64,000 nucleotides of DNA from Tubulanus polymorphus. Its lineage: Eukaryota; Animalia; Nemertea. Below the pieces are notes generated by a model. That model made no database searches and was not told the origin of the DNA. It worked only from the letters and a program-made list of their open reading frames with translations. Of the stretch, positions 23,956-36,956 are shown one piece after another (position 1 is the first letter of the stretch; each line of letters opens with the position of its first letter). The stretch spans positions 8,506,962-8,570,961 of the forward strand of contig NC_134034.1 of assembly GCF_964204645.1 (NCBI RefSeq). The letters are read 5' to 3'. Made by a program: the position numbers and the translations under genes.

Positions 23956-24894
23956 ATGACTACTCTCTTAGACAGGTCAGCTACCCTGATCTTAGAGCCT
24001 GAGCCCGACGATAATGACAATAGGCACATAACTCAGACAGAAATAATCCTCCAACAGTACGACATTGAACTTTCTGAAATATACCAAGTGTCGAGAACGT
24101 CTGATAACATTTATGAGGTCAGTTTTACTGATTCCAGAACGATTGGAGGATTTCTAAGAGACATTAGATATAAGATACCTTCAATCAAAGGCACCCGAAT
24201 AAATTTTCAACGTGCACCCAATGTTACATCCGACACGAAACCTTTTGTGTGGCTTCATATATATGGGGCACCCTTTGAACTGGCAAGCCAAGACATTGCC
24301 AAAAAACTTTCCGAGAAATACGGGTTCAAGACCCTTTCGCATAAAAGAGGAGTCCTCAAAGACTATTCGCAAATTTTTTCGGGAGTCCGCCACTTCAAGG
24401 GCTACATTGACAAGCCTATATATCGTACCATGTACGTTAGAAAAGCCAGAATCACGGTCAAGTACGATGGCCAGGTAATTCAACCTCCTCTCTGCTATGT
24501 ATGCCGCGAGAGGGGGCACATAACAAAGGACTGCACGAAAGATGTAGCTGCAACACCAGCTCATCAACAGCATCTAACGTATGCCCAAGCGGTATTTATA
24601 CCACATACTATACAGGAACCTTCCCAAGAACAGGCCCAAATACCGCTCCCCGAACCAAGTGTCGAGGAAGCCGGCGAGCTAAATGATCAGGATCTTGCGC
24701 TCCAACCTCCAATAACCCAGCAAACCGAATACACCTTGGATGTGGACCATAACATCCAAATATACAAGGATACGATCGATCTACCGATATATCCGCCTAT
24801 ATGCTCGTATGATGATAAAGCTGAACCTCGTGTGTCGAGCCAGGCTCTAACATCGACCCCAAAAAGACAAGAAGCACACCCGAAGAAAAAATAG
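23956..24894 (+). CDS. LINE family B ORF1 with CCHC knuckle
   Basis: 312 aa; paralogous to family A ORF1 (LHIYGAP, KYGFK, FSGVRHF). Confidence 0.85.
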   Translation: MTTLLDRSATLILEPEPDDNDNRHITQTEIILQQYDIELSEIYQVSRTSDNIYEVSFTDSRTIGGFLRDIRYKIPSIKGTRINFQRAPNVTSDTKPFVWLHIYGAPFELASQDIAKKLSEKYGFKTLSHKRGVLKDYSQIFSGVRHFKGYIDKPIYRTMYVRKARITVKYDGQVIQPPLCYVCRERGHITKDCTKDVAATPAHQQHLTYAQAVFIPHTIQEPSQEQAQIPLPEPSVEEAGELNDQDLALQPPITQQTEYTLDVDHNIQIYKDTIDLPIYPPICSYDDKAEPRVSSQALTSTPKRQEAHPKKK

Positions 24895-27800
24895 ACAAAA
24901 GAAAAAAAACCTCCACAAAGAACATACAATTCGTTGATGTCTAAATTATATCTACATGAATCTGAATCCTCTAAACGTAGTAACCCTCAATACTGAGGGT
25001 CTATCAACCAAAATTCCTGACATTGTCGTACAAATTAAAAAATTGAGAAAACCAATTATCCTACTACAAGAAACCCACAACCCCCTGAAAGAACGATCAA
25101 ATACCTCGAAAACAAGACGAGCAACCATATTTTCAACAACCCAGGCACTAAACAACAAGCTGGAACCATGTTTTTAATTCCCAACATAATAGCAACCGAA
25201 CACTATATAACCTTTCGGATTTTAATACCAGGACGATTATCACACATCTATTTAACAAACAAAACAAGCAACTCAAAATTAAGAATAATCAATATATACA
25301 ACCCGGCTATTAATCTTCAAAAAACAGAATTTTACCGAGTCCTCGAACAAAAAATTAGCGTTGATAACACCCCCACTATTTTCGCTGGAGACTTTAATAT
25401 TATACTCAACCCCCTAGATAGCTCGAAAAATAAGTTAGATCCCAGCTACACACGTATACGAGAATTCTTTAGTCAATTTTAGGAAAATAATAAACTCATT
25501 GATATATTGAGACACCAACATCCCAATAAAACTGTCTACACACGAATGCCTAGAGACTCGCCTCTAGCCGACTAGACAGATTCTATACTAACGACCGACG
25601 CATTTTAGAAACAACCAAAAGACATTTTCCAATAGCTTTTACCGACCACCAGGCAGTTCAAATCGAAATACCCTTTCTCGATCCAATCACTACTAGTAAT
25701 TTACGACCTAAAAACAAAAACTTTGCACTCTGGAAATGCAACGTTAGCATATTAGAAAATAAGAAACTTAAACAATCAATTAACGCCGATATTAATCATT
25801 ACAGAAACTACACTAAAAAACACATGACTGCACGCGACGCCTGGGACAATTTAAAAGAAAAATTTAAAAAATCCATTAATAAAGTCACTATAGAACAAGC
25901 CCAAAAATATAAATTAGCAGAAAACCGTCTCGACGAAGAACTAACTTTGAAATCCCAGCAATATAATGACACTCCTAGCGAAACTTTAGCAACTGAAATA
26001 AACAATATTAAAAAAGAACTCAATATTACACTCTCCCATAAAAATAAAGGAAATGAAATTAAAAGCAAATCTGACAATTACTTTGAAGACGAAAGCAGTC
26101 CCATTTATATAAAGAGACTTTTGGACTCCCAATATAAAAACACTATCATCGAAACCTAGAAAAATAAAAACAATGCTCCGACCAATAACACGGAAGAAAT
26201 GAAAACGATCACACAAGAATACTATCAAGACCAGTATACCAAAGAAAACCTAAACGATGCCAAACAAGAGGAAATTACTAATCATATAGGTAAAACATTA
26301 ACACAAGAAAATGCGGACCGTTTAGAAGATTTTATAACTACTGATGAAATTTTTTAAGCACTAACTGATATGAAAAACAATAAAACACCTGGACCAGACG
26401 GACTACCTAAAGAATTTTATTTGACTTTTTGGAAATACATAGAAGAATTAACTGAACTGGATAACAACATCTTCCTTGCTCAATCCCTCACAGAATCGCA
26501 ACAACTAGCTTATATAAAAATTATTCCTAAAAAAGGTGATTTGGAACTCTTAAAAAATTGGCGCCCAATTTCGTTATCAAATGTGGATTATAACAAAAGT
26601 TTGAGCTGCAAGATTGAAAACAGTTTTAGGAGAAATTGTCCATCCCGACCAAACATGTGGGATTCCTGGACGACAAATTTTTGATGATATATATTTAGCC
26701 CAAGATATTTTTCAATATATCCGAAACACTAATACACATGCGGCTATAAGGAAAAAGCCTTTGACCGAGTAAACCATAACTTCCTTTTTAAAGTAATTAG
26801 CAAATATAATTTCGGACCAAACAGCTAACCATGCAACACATATATCCACAATGGGCTGACTTCACTATTTATGCCTTTGGATCATTATAGATCAAGAAAA
26901 TTATCCCTATTATTGATATAAGACACATTCCATTAAAACTAACCACTCGACCAGACTATCAGATACTCAATCTACTACAACAAGAGATCAAAGACAATGG
27001 ATATGACCTGACCCAACCGACAGACACTTTGAAAACTCTATACCTACACCTTATTAAATTTGAAAAAATAAAAATTAACATCCAAAGGAGAAACCCTCAT
27101 CTAATCAACGAAAAGATTTGGAGAATTATCTGGTCAAAAACAATGGCTGACAACTTCCAGGAACTGAACTACAGGATTGTACATGATGTACTACCCATGT
27201 CAGAGGGTAAATACATAGCCTTCTGCCCACACTGTAATCAAAAAGAAACCTTAGATCACACCTTTATACTGTGTCAACATATACAACCCATAAAAAAAAT
27301 TCTACGTGAATATTTAAAAGATACGAGTTCAGATACCTTATTGAACAATACCCTCGATAGGGAACTGATATTTTTCTTTCATCCTAAATTTAAGTACAGA
27401 GACAAACAGGCTGAGAACAACGCCGATATATTTATTACAACCTATAAATTCATCATTTGGAAACACAGAAACAAAACTAAGCATAAAAAAGTTATACCTT
27501 ACCCCCTATACTAGAATTTAAAAATCAAATAGCAAAGTTTAGAGGAGAAACTAAAATCAGAAATGCTAATATATCGTAAACAACTGTTGAGCCATTTCTG
27601 TACGCAGTATTGTTTTGGTATTATTTTTCAAAAACACAATGTCTATATGTATATGTGTGTATATATGAATACATATGTATATGTGAGTATATGTAGATAT
27701 GTACGTATACATCACTAAAATTTCATACATATTCAAAAATAATATCGGGGCAAACCCTTTATAACCATATCTACTATGCTTGAATGCCCGTACATTTAAT

Positions 27801-28057
27801 GGCTTAACTACTAGATAATCGACACACTACAACGTATTAAAACTCTGGAAATCCACCACCACAAATCATATTCTCTTTATATGCGTGTAATACCTCTATA
27901 AACAGGCTGCGCGTTTCACTCTGCGGAGTACTCCGAACACTGTGCGGGGCAAAGAAATACGATAGAAAAAGTCACGTGACTCTCTCAGACGCTACTCTGC
28001 TACTCCACAAAATTTGGTGGGGCAGCCAGAATTCCGCTAGATGGCAGTGTGTTTAAA

Positions 28058-29599
28058 ATGACGACCCTTTACAAATGTGCTCAGTGCATGTTCTCAACTT
28101 AAAATGATGTATCTCGTCACAAGTGTAACGACGGTAAGTTAAAAATTAGAAATAAATCCACTTAAACACTTTATTCTTGCCGGTACGAGTCAATCCCAAA
28201 TGGTACTGTTGGTAGAGAAGTAGATTTCTACGACTAATACTAGGCCTACTTTAGTGTTCTTCTTAACTTAAGTACAAAATGTACTGCCTCAGTCCAAGCC
28301 TCAAAGTATGGTTGCTAAGATCAGTAGACCTTCGGCTACAGAAACTGGTTCAGCTTTTGTTAGTATTGGTAGCGGTAGTTTGGCTGTCCAAGAAGGTAGG
28401 GATGTAGATTTTATATTAGGAGAATTCTAACTAAGCTCAACCTGTACCTTTTTTGAATATTTATCTGATTTTATAGGCACCCAGTCCGGACTTGAGCTAC
28501 ACAATGTACTGCCTAAGCCCAAGCCTCAAAGTGGTATGGTTGGTAAGATCAGTAGACATACGGCTACAGAAAATCGTTCAGCTTGTGTTAGTATTGGTAC
28601 CGCTAGTTTGGCTGTCCAAGAAGGTAGGGATATAGCATATGTTATATTAGGGGCATTCTAACTAAGCTCAACCTGTACCTTTTTTGAATATTTATCTGAT
28701 TTTATAGGCACCCAGTCCGGACATGAGCTACACAATGTACTGCCTAAGCCCAAGCCTCAAAGTGGTATGGTTGGTAAGATCAGTAGACCTACGGCTACAG
28801 AAACTCGTTCAGCTTGTGTTAGTATTGGTACCGGTAGTTTGGCTATCCAACAGCGTCAGCAGCATGATGATTACATGTCCAGTTCCAGTGACGTTATAGA
28901 TGACTCAACTTCAAAGTGATTCAAAGTGATTTATCAGGTAAATAAATGACTAGGAATTGTTTTCAATAACGGTCTATTGTATTCCTAATAAACGTTGCAT
29001 GACTTTTTGATTAAGTTTGCAAATTTCTTAAAAATAGGTTTAAACCTATTCGGTGTTAAATTCCGATAAAATCAACTAATTTGGATAAATTTTACGGTTC
29101 TGTTTGACTATTATTATTCCATTTTAGTATCAGAACCAACTGCTTGGAGGAGACCTGAAACTCTAAAGAGGGTTATTTCTTTACTGCGGACCAGTGTGAA
29201 GGTCGATGGAAGACTTTTGTAAGAGGTCTGAAGAAAGTGGTCGACCATAACAATAAATCTGGAAATGACCCAAAATCTCATCCATTTGAAGACGAATTAG
29301 ACTTTATCCTTGCTAAGCCAAACATAAAACCTGAATTTGTATTAGGAAGTGGTGAAGATATTGAGGTGGATATTAACAATAATGACAGTGAAAGCGATAT
29401 TGATTCTGTTCCCTTTCCTCCTCCACCAAAAAAACGTAGGTCAAATATAAGTGACGTAATGGATCTAATGAAATCTCACATAGAGGAAGAAAGGGAACAG
29501 AAAGCTGCTGTGTTGAATAGATAAGAAAAGATGCATCGGGAAAACCTCGAATTAATGCAAGGCTTCCTTGAGGTCTTCAAAGAATCAATGAAAAAGTAG
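28058..29599 (+). pseudogene. Harbinger Myb/SANT-like (trihelix) DNA-binding gene, multi-exon, decayed
   Basis: ATG at 28058, GTAAGT donor; last exon AWRRPET..QCEGRWKT..KKVVDHNNKSGNDPKSHPFEDELDFIL plus coiled-coil tail. Confidence 0.75.
28276..28850 (+). repeat. ~231-bp tandem repeat x2.5 (exon+intron unit)
   Basis: AATGTACTGCCT..AAGCCTCAAAGT at ~28278, ~28503, ~28734; units carry AAG|GTAGGG and TTTATAG|G. Confidence 0.85.
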
Positions 29600-29968
29600 C
29601 ACAGTTTTATTGCTTTCCCTTGATTCGAGTTACTGTGCATTCAAATGCGAAGACAAACTTTGTGTGATTATTAGAGATTTGTCGGATTTCTAATGTTATT
29701 TTTGGCAAGCTAGCCACTTGAGAGGAAAAAACATGTTAAATGGTGTTTTTTCAAGACTTTATTTTTCTTAAACATGTTTTAATTTTAGCCAACATGGCTA
29801 CATACATTTTTGTATGTAATATTGAATAAAAATTCTTTAATTTGTTAATACATATATTTTGTTTTTAGTTGATTTACACTCAGCAATGATGTATAGTTCA
29901 GTACGCATAAGTCGGATCACTTTGCCTGACTTGCATGTATTCCAAAAATTGCATATTTCAATATCAGT

Positions 29969-30137
29969 CAGTGGAACCTCGTTACAGCGAACTTCGCGAG
30001 ACCAGAAAATATCTTCATTTTAACCAATAGTTTGTTATGTACAGTATGTAATTAGTGAATGTCTCGCTCGGGACGAAATTATATATTTGTTCTATCCGAT
30101 GAATCATCTCCCAGTTCATTATAATGAGGTTCAACTG
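29969..30137. mobile_element. Small mariner/Tigger-like MITE
   Basis: CAGTGGAACCTCGTTA ... TAATGAGGTTCAACTG followed by TA. Confidence 0.7.
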
Positions 30138-30214
30138 TATTTACTTTAGATGGATCTTGAAATTTTAGCATATGAAAATGTACTACAATTTCTCAATAGG
30201 ACCGAGATATGTTA

Positions 30215-30429
30215 GGCTAAAAAAATTGATACCTTGTTTCTCCGCTCTGCTGAGCGTAAATTTTGACCCGGCCGCCTATCTACCCTATACGTTACTTTTT
30301 TAAAAATCGTGATCAATTTTACCATAACAGACCCGGCCGCTATAGAAATGAACTGTTTATAAATTTTATCATATTTTACAAAAATGACCCGGCCGCTGCG
30401 GAGAAACAAAGTATCATTTTTGTTTAGCC
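30215..30429. mobile_element. Harbinger/Tourist-type MITE with TTA TSD
   Basis: TTA|GGCTAAAAAAATTGATACCTTGTTTCTCCGC ... GCGGAGAAACAAAGTATCATTTTTGTTTAGCC|TTA. Confidence 0.85.
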
Positions 30430-30541
30430 TTATCCAAACTTGACTATCTTATCCCCAAATGTACAGGATCCATTAACCGGGACTTAAGAAATTGACATGT
30501 CCGTATATCCGACTTATGCGTACTCAACTGTATTCGCTGAA

Positions 30542-31920
30542 TTAGAAACCATCTGCAAAAAGGTCACGTTTTTGAGTTGCAGCATCTCCTTCGGCTTGTA
30601 TCAAAGCTTCGTCATCCAACATCACCTCAGGATCGATGGATAAGTAGTCCTCCAAGGAATCATGGTCAACAATACAAATTTTGTGGAGAATACAACATAC
30701 TATAATGATTTCAACAGCAGTTTTTACTGACTTTGTGTCTATGTATTTCAGTCTCCTGAAGCGTCCTTTTAAAAGCCCAAATGCTCTTTCTATTGCAACT
30801 GTGGCACTGGATAATCGATGGTTAAATCGTTTTTGTTTACGTGTTAGATTTCCAGTGTCTCTGTATGGAGTGAGGAGCCAAGTATTAAGTGGGTAAGCCC
30901 CATCTCCAACTTGATGTCTCTCTGCGCCACATAGGACAGGAGCTTTCTCCCATAGATCACAGTTTCTAAATATACGGGCATCGTGAACGCTGCCTGGCCA
31001 GCCTGCATAGACATGGGTGAATTTTAGATCCTGTGAACATACACCTTGCAACACTACCGAGTGAAATTTCTTTCTATTCACATAAGCTTGCGCATTTTTA
31101 CTTGGAGCTACAATTTGTATATGCGTCCCATCAACCGCTCCCAGAATATTAGGAAAATGAGAACTTCTCTCAAATTCTTTCGCAATTATCCCCTTCTCCA
31201 CTTCTGATTCTGGAAGTCGTATGAACTGATTTTTAGGTGCCTCGGGATTACTGTCATAACTCTGGATCTGCTTTTAAGAACGGTAGAGTCTGTAACATTG
31301 AAACGGTCCGCTATTCTGTGTATAGTATCCTGATGGGACATATACCAAATAGTAATCAGCAATTGTTTTTCATTGCTGATAGGTTGTCTTCCGCCTATAT
31401 TTGCGTAGTCCAGATAGGGAGACACGTGCTGTAAGATAGTTTTAAATGATGTTCTCGACATGCGAAAGAAACATCTAAAATCATCCATTAAATAGTTTGG
31501 AACTGTTTGCTCAACATAATTCGGTATTTTCATTAAAATTCCTAAAGATTAAGATTCATTAAGATTTTCATTAAGATTCCTAAAACATAAAAGTAGAGAT
31601 GACCGGATCAAACACATATTATAAAGAAATATTCATGCTAGATCGTAGTTTTGTTCCCCTTTGCTCAGGTTCTGTACCACCCACGAATATATGATGAATG
31701 ATGAAAATTCAATTGAATTGAATTGCGAGGCCTAATTTCCGTTTAAATTTACTTTTTCCCTACTAAATGTTACCATTTGTACTCACATTGCGGTTATCAA
31801 CCCAAACAGATGGAATATTATAGTATCTTCGTAACTTTGAAGCAAACTGACTGATCCACTGCCCTCACCAGACAAATTTTTCATAATTATTGATAACATT
31901 TGCATTCGTTTAACCGCCAT
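30542..31920 (-). pseudogene. Harbinger DDE transposase (HARBI1-like); one frameshift and a probable intron ~31543-31786
   Basis: FRMSR, GAVDGTHI, GWPGSVHDARIF, GDGAYPL, IERAFGLLKGRFRRL; exon 1 MAVKRM.. ends at a GTGAGT donor. Confidence 0.92.
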
Positions 31921-34900
31921 CTTGGTGTCCGATTCTGTTCGTTTAGCTAGGAAATCTCGAACACCATTCGGAGTACTCCGCAGAGTGAAACGAGCAGCCT
32001 GATATATACAATATCCCAATTGGCGAACCACCCCTTGACAACTGACAAAAAACCTTTTTATATGAACCTGGCTCGACACACGCGTGATTCTAATTTGTAA
32101 CGAATCTACATGCAAATATGTAAAGATTATGACCCATATGATCCTCTCTTTGCTTGCCAATAGAAAGATTGAATCCAACGGCAACTTTTTCTTTTCTTAT
32201 TCTCCAGGCGTTTCTGCATGACTGTGCTTAAACCATGGACTCTCAGATATTCTACAGTCTGTTGCCACATAGAAATTCGCTTGTCACGTCAATAAAGAAA
32301 TGAAAAGGTTTTCACATGCATCTCTTTATGTAGCGCATAAAGCTATACCTTAAAAACATAGACTGTTAGATATCCTACAGTCTATTGCCACATAGATGAT
32401 TGCCCTTTAAAAATTGAAAGATGTCCAATGTGCACCTCTATACATGTACAAGGCATGCAGCTACACATGCCCCTGTATACAATTTGGGGTAAACTCGCGA
32501 CACCTTTATCTACCAATCGCCTCGACGACAGAGACAGACACCAAATAGTACACATCGCAACCGGACGTATAATAGTCCTTCCACACCCCCTCCCCAACAA
32601 CGGGAAACCAGAAATATGAGTAGTGCGTACTGCTGTATGAAATTAATAGCTACGTACGCGCCATATTAGTCATTCTATCCAAACCCGAAAAATTACCCCC
32701 TATTACATACGTATGACAGCCAGCCTATACATATATATTTCCGATTCTCTAAATACTATACCCTTGCATCCACGTATAGTAACTTATACGGAAAGGCCAA
32801 TGCATCTGATAAATAAAACACCAGCAAATAGAGCCAAGCGAATTGCAGCGTTAGCGCAGCGCAGCGCGCTATTAATTCCAACAAACTTTTAATTCCTTTC
32901 CAGATTTCTTTCCTCGAGACGAAAAGTAGAAGATTATTCAACTGTTCAAATGTTTATTTAACTGTTTAACCATTACAATGCCCCCTTTTCTTGCAGCACA
33001 TATCCAAAACATCAGGAAACTAACCTATCAGGATCCAAATATAACTTACCCCAAGCAAAAACAAAAAAAAGCCAATGATGAAGGACTATCATATCCAATA
33101 TTTAGGATATGAGACCGACTGCCAGATCAAATTATCTTTTCACTGCTTTTAGCTCTTAGTTCTCAATAAATATCAGCCGTCGAGTAAACTTAAATATACC
33201 TATTTGAAATCTTTTCTTTAAACATAGTCGATCTCTCTCTAATTACTACAGCTCACCATTTAAAACTTCAGGCTTTCAATACATATGGTAGTATCAGAGG
33301 CAAAAAAGGGCGAAAGACTAGCGTTGTGTTGGTCGTCCTTACGCGGCGTCCTCGGTATACCAGCGTATCCCGTTTTCGACACTGGAATACTGGAATACGA
33401 TTGGATTTATCATTATTACGATTGGATTTATCATTATTAGTGTTTACGTGCGAGACTAAATCGCCCGATCGGATTTATCTACCAGCTGGAGCCTCTCACC
33501 CAGGTGAAATCTTTTTATACTTTTTTTTTCTTCGAACTGCACTCATTTGTTCATGTTCTCTTTTTCTATTGAAAAATTAAAAACTATTCAATTAACAGTA
33601 TTATTGTCACCCGTTATGTAATATTTGTCACGTCTTTTTCTATTATTGGTTAAATAACCCTGAAACTGCGTCATCGCACGCAACATTTTTTCCAATATGA
33701 CAATCCTTATAGACAGATCTAGAACTCTAACTATTGAGAGTACATACTCGCTCCAGGATTGGTCCCAAGCAGACACAATCAGCCTTTTACGAACGCAAGA
33801 TGTCCACGTGGGCGAAATCGCCCAAATCTCTCGCCTCGGTATGAATACATACGAGGTATCCTTCTCAGACCACCTGACGGTTAACAACACACTGGTCAAG
33901 GATAACAAGGATTCGGAAATTCTACACAAAGGCATACCTGTCAGTTTTAAACACACTGATATTGTTACAACAGACTCTGCCAGGGACACATATCTCCACA
34001 TATATGGTGCCCCCTATGAAATGTCCCCTGAAGACATCCAGAAAAAACTAGCCGACAAATACGGTTTCAAAGCCAAATCATATAAACGAGGTACCCTGAG
34101 AGAGCACCCCTATATCTTTTCAGGTGCTCACCACTTCACCGGCACGCTCGACAAGCCAATATTCCGCACTCTCTACGTAAAAAAAGTAAGGCTAACCGTG
34201 AAGTACGAGGGCCAAGAAGTGCTTCCCCCTCTATGCTACAATTGTAGAGAGCGGGGACACATTGCGAGCAACTGCAATAAACAAAACGTACAACCACGCC
34301 CACAACCTCCCGAAAAAAAAAACACCGGCATCAACCTATGCCGAAGCCACCATGTTACCGCTCCCCGCCCCTAGCGCGGAGGTAGAAGCTCTTAGACGAG
34401 TTTGAAAGTCCCGCTACTCCTGGCGAAAATTTGACTTTTGAAATTGAAGAGAACATCAGGAAATACAGAAGTACTCAATGTTCTCCCAAACTACGACAGA
34501 AAAGACAAACTGACAGAGTCCCTGGATGCCTGTGTGTCGGGCCCGACCAGAATGACGTCAACCCCCACCAAAAAAGACCTCTCTCCACTCCTGAAGATTT
34601 GGAAAGGAAAAGACGCGCTAGCGTCCACTACGTAGACGTCTGAAATGTCTAATCGGACAAATTTACTAAACCCTATCCGTATTTTCTCCTTAAATACGGA
34701 AGGCATGTCCACAAAAATCACGAACATCGCAAACCAACTTACGATATAGAAATACAATAATACTACTTCAAGAAACCCACAACCCTAGCCTTAAGCACAT
34801 AAATTATTTAGAAAACAAACTCGATATACAAATACTTAATAACCCAGGCACCAAACAACAAGCCGGGACCATAACCATATTTCCTAACAACATGGTCACA

Positions 34901-36224
34901 CTATACAATACAACCTTCAAAATTCTAATACCAGGCCGTCTCTCTATTTTGGAAATCATCGACGAGAACAACAATAGCCACTTATCAATCTATAATTGTT
35001 ATGCCCCATCATTGAACGTACACAAAAAAGCCTTCTTTGAAGAATTAATTTAACGACAAAATAAATACGAATAACCCAACTATCTTAGCCGGCGACTTTA
35101 ATATGATACTCGACCCAATTGATAGTAGCAAATTACAAATTGTGAAAAACTCCAAATCAATCCTCCAAGCCCTAACACTGATCCTACACAATAATAACTT
35201 AAATGACATTTTTCGTTTCAAATACCCCAATAAACATGAATACACGTATACCCAGAGGGGATTCGATACATCGACTAGCTTCAACACGCCTCGATAGAAT
35301 ATATACTAACAACACTCAACATATTGAACCATTCAGAAATAGAACACATAACTATACCATTTTCAGATCATAGTGAAGTAAAACTAACCATTCCACACTT
35401 GATATTAAACACCATCGATAAAACTCAAACGAGTAGAACTTAGACCTTTGGAAATGTAATAATTCGATCTTAAGCCACCCAAAAATTAAAGAAAATATAA
35501 GAGATGAAATTGAATCCTACGTGAACTATAATAACAAAACTTTAAGATCAGCCCAAGGTTCATGGGACGAACTAAAAACTAACTTCAAAAAATATCCGGC
35601 GAAATTAACCAAGAACACATAAAATTAGAAATTAAACGAAAAACTAATTTCAAAAACACAAATGTATAATAACATCAAATGTAAAACAACACTTACTGAA
35701 ATTAATAATCTAAATCAGCAAATCAACGACCTTCAACTACATAGAAATAAAGGCTACCAAATCCAATCACGATAGTAATAGGGGTTTAGTTGTTCTATAC
35801 GAAAGGTCGAACGGTCGAGCTCGTAAAAATGAAAAACATGAAAATAATAACAATTTCTACTTGAATTAGTCGCGAAACTCATAAAAATGAAAAATAATTC
35901 TCGCACACTCGAATTTATTTTTCATTTTTTATGAGTTTCACTCCTAATTCAAGTATAAATTGTTATTATTTTCATGTTTTTCATGTTTTTCATTTTTTAC
36001 TCATTTAACCGTTCAACCTTTAGTATAGAACAACTAAACCCCTATTACTCTTAAAATATTTATATACATGAATAAAATATGAATAACATATAAATTGATT
36101 GATTATTCAATATAAAAGTGTTAGTAAAAAAGTAACGAGTAATTAACGAGCTCTTATATATGGATATATAGATATATTTTAAACATATTTCAATATTTAT
36201 ATTTGTATGAGTTAGATTTTTAAA

Positions 36225-36541
36225 CATAAAAAGTGTGAATAAAGTGTGAGCGAAATAATTCATATTTAAAACAGTGAATATTTATATTTATATGCGTTAA
36301 ATTCTTATTTTTAAACATTAAAAGTGTGAGTAAAGTGTGAGTGAAATAATTCATATTTAAAACAGCTAATATTTATATTTATATGTGTTAAATTCTTGAT
36401 TTTTAAACATTAAAAGTGTGAGTAAAGTGTGAGTGAAATAATTTATATTTAAAACAGTGAATATTTCTATTTATGTGCGTTAAATTCTTATTTTTAAACA
36501 TTAAAAGTATGAGTAAAGTGTGAGTGAAATAATTCATATTT
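36225..36541. repeat. ~91-bp tandem repeats in the left mini-Polinton TIR (mirrored at ~36990-37415)
   Basis: AAGTGTGAGTAAAGTGTGAGTGAAATAATTCATATTTAAA recurs at ~36231, 36322, 36414, 36505. Confidence 0.85.
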
Positions 36542-36956
36542 AAATATAGATAATTTGTTTATTATCAAAATTGAAATAATATAATTGTCTTTTTTCAATT
36601 CTTAAGTTAATCAAATCATTGTTATCTTTAGAAAGTATTATATCACTATCTCTTTTATTAAAAGGAGTTTTAAGAATATTAATTATGTTTTCATCTAAAA
36701 TTCCTTTAAAATTTAAAACTGTATTGAACAATTTAGGATTTTTAACGCCATTATCAAAAGTATCGACTAGTTCAGTAATTAAATAAGTTTCATTTGATAA
36801 TATTTGATTAATCATAGTTATGTTATCGATTTTATAATGTCTTGCAGACACTAAATTTGTTGCTGAAATGAAATTTCTAATGTTAAACTGTGAAAATGAT
36901 TTATTGGTTTCATTGATTTCGATTTTAAAGCTGGGTTCTTCTTCTTCTTTCTTCAT
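36540..36956 (-). CDS. Orphan 138-aa cargo ORF of the mini-Polinton (MKKEEEEPSF...)
   Basis: Fills the unique region between the TIRs with no stop; preceded by TTTTAATAAAAATTTTGTTATAAAAATG, so ATG 36956 is preferred over 36986. Confidence 0.7.
   Translation of the reverse strand: MKKEEEEPSFKIEINETNKSFSQFNIRNFISATNLVSARHYKIDNITMINQILSNETYLITELVDTFDNGVKNPKLFNTVLNFKGILDENIINILKTPFNKRDSDIILSKDNNDLINLRIEKRQLYYFNFDNKQIIYI

Larger units (their letters stand above)
29894..30530. mobile_element. Tc1/mariner-type MITE (TA TSD) containing two further MITEs
   Basis: TIR (T/C)AGTT(C/G)AGTACGCATAAGTCGGAT; TA on both flanks. Confidence 0.8.
27905..31999. mobile_element. PIF/Harbinger DNA transposon
   Basis: 33-bp TIR GGCTGCGCGTTTCACTCTGCGGAGTACTCCGAA with one mismatch at the right end; convergent Myb/SANT and DDE genes; TSD not cleanly preserved. 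Confidence 0.93.
23700..33295 (+). mobile_element. L1/Tx1-like LINE, family B, copy 1 (RT core deleted at ~26822; 3'UTR interrupted by Harbinger)
   Basis: ORF1 23956-~24944 (CYVCRERGHITKDC); ORF2 pieces 24956-27514 (LQETH, AGDFN, KTPGPDG, WRPIS, CPHC..H...C); no YADD region. Boundaries approximate. Confidence 0.88.

Noticed and set aside
31783-32184. 133-aa ORF as a separate gene
   Set aside because: Crosses the Harbinger TIR; only the last ~45 codons are plausibly transposase exon 1.
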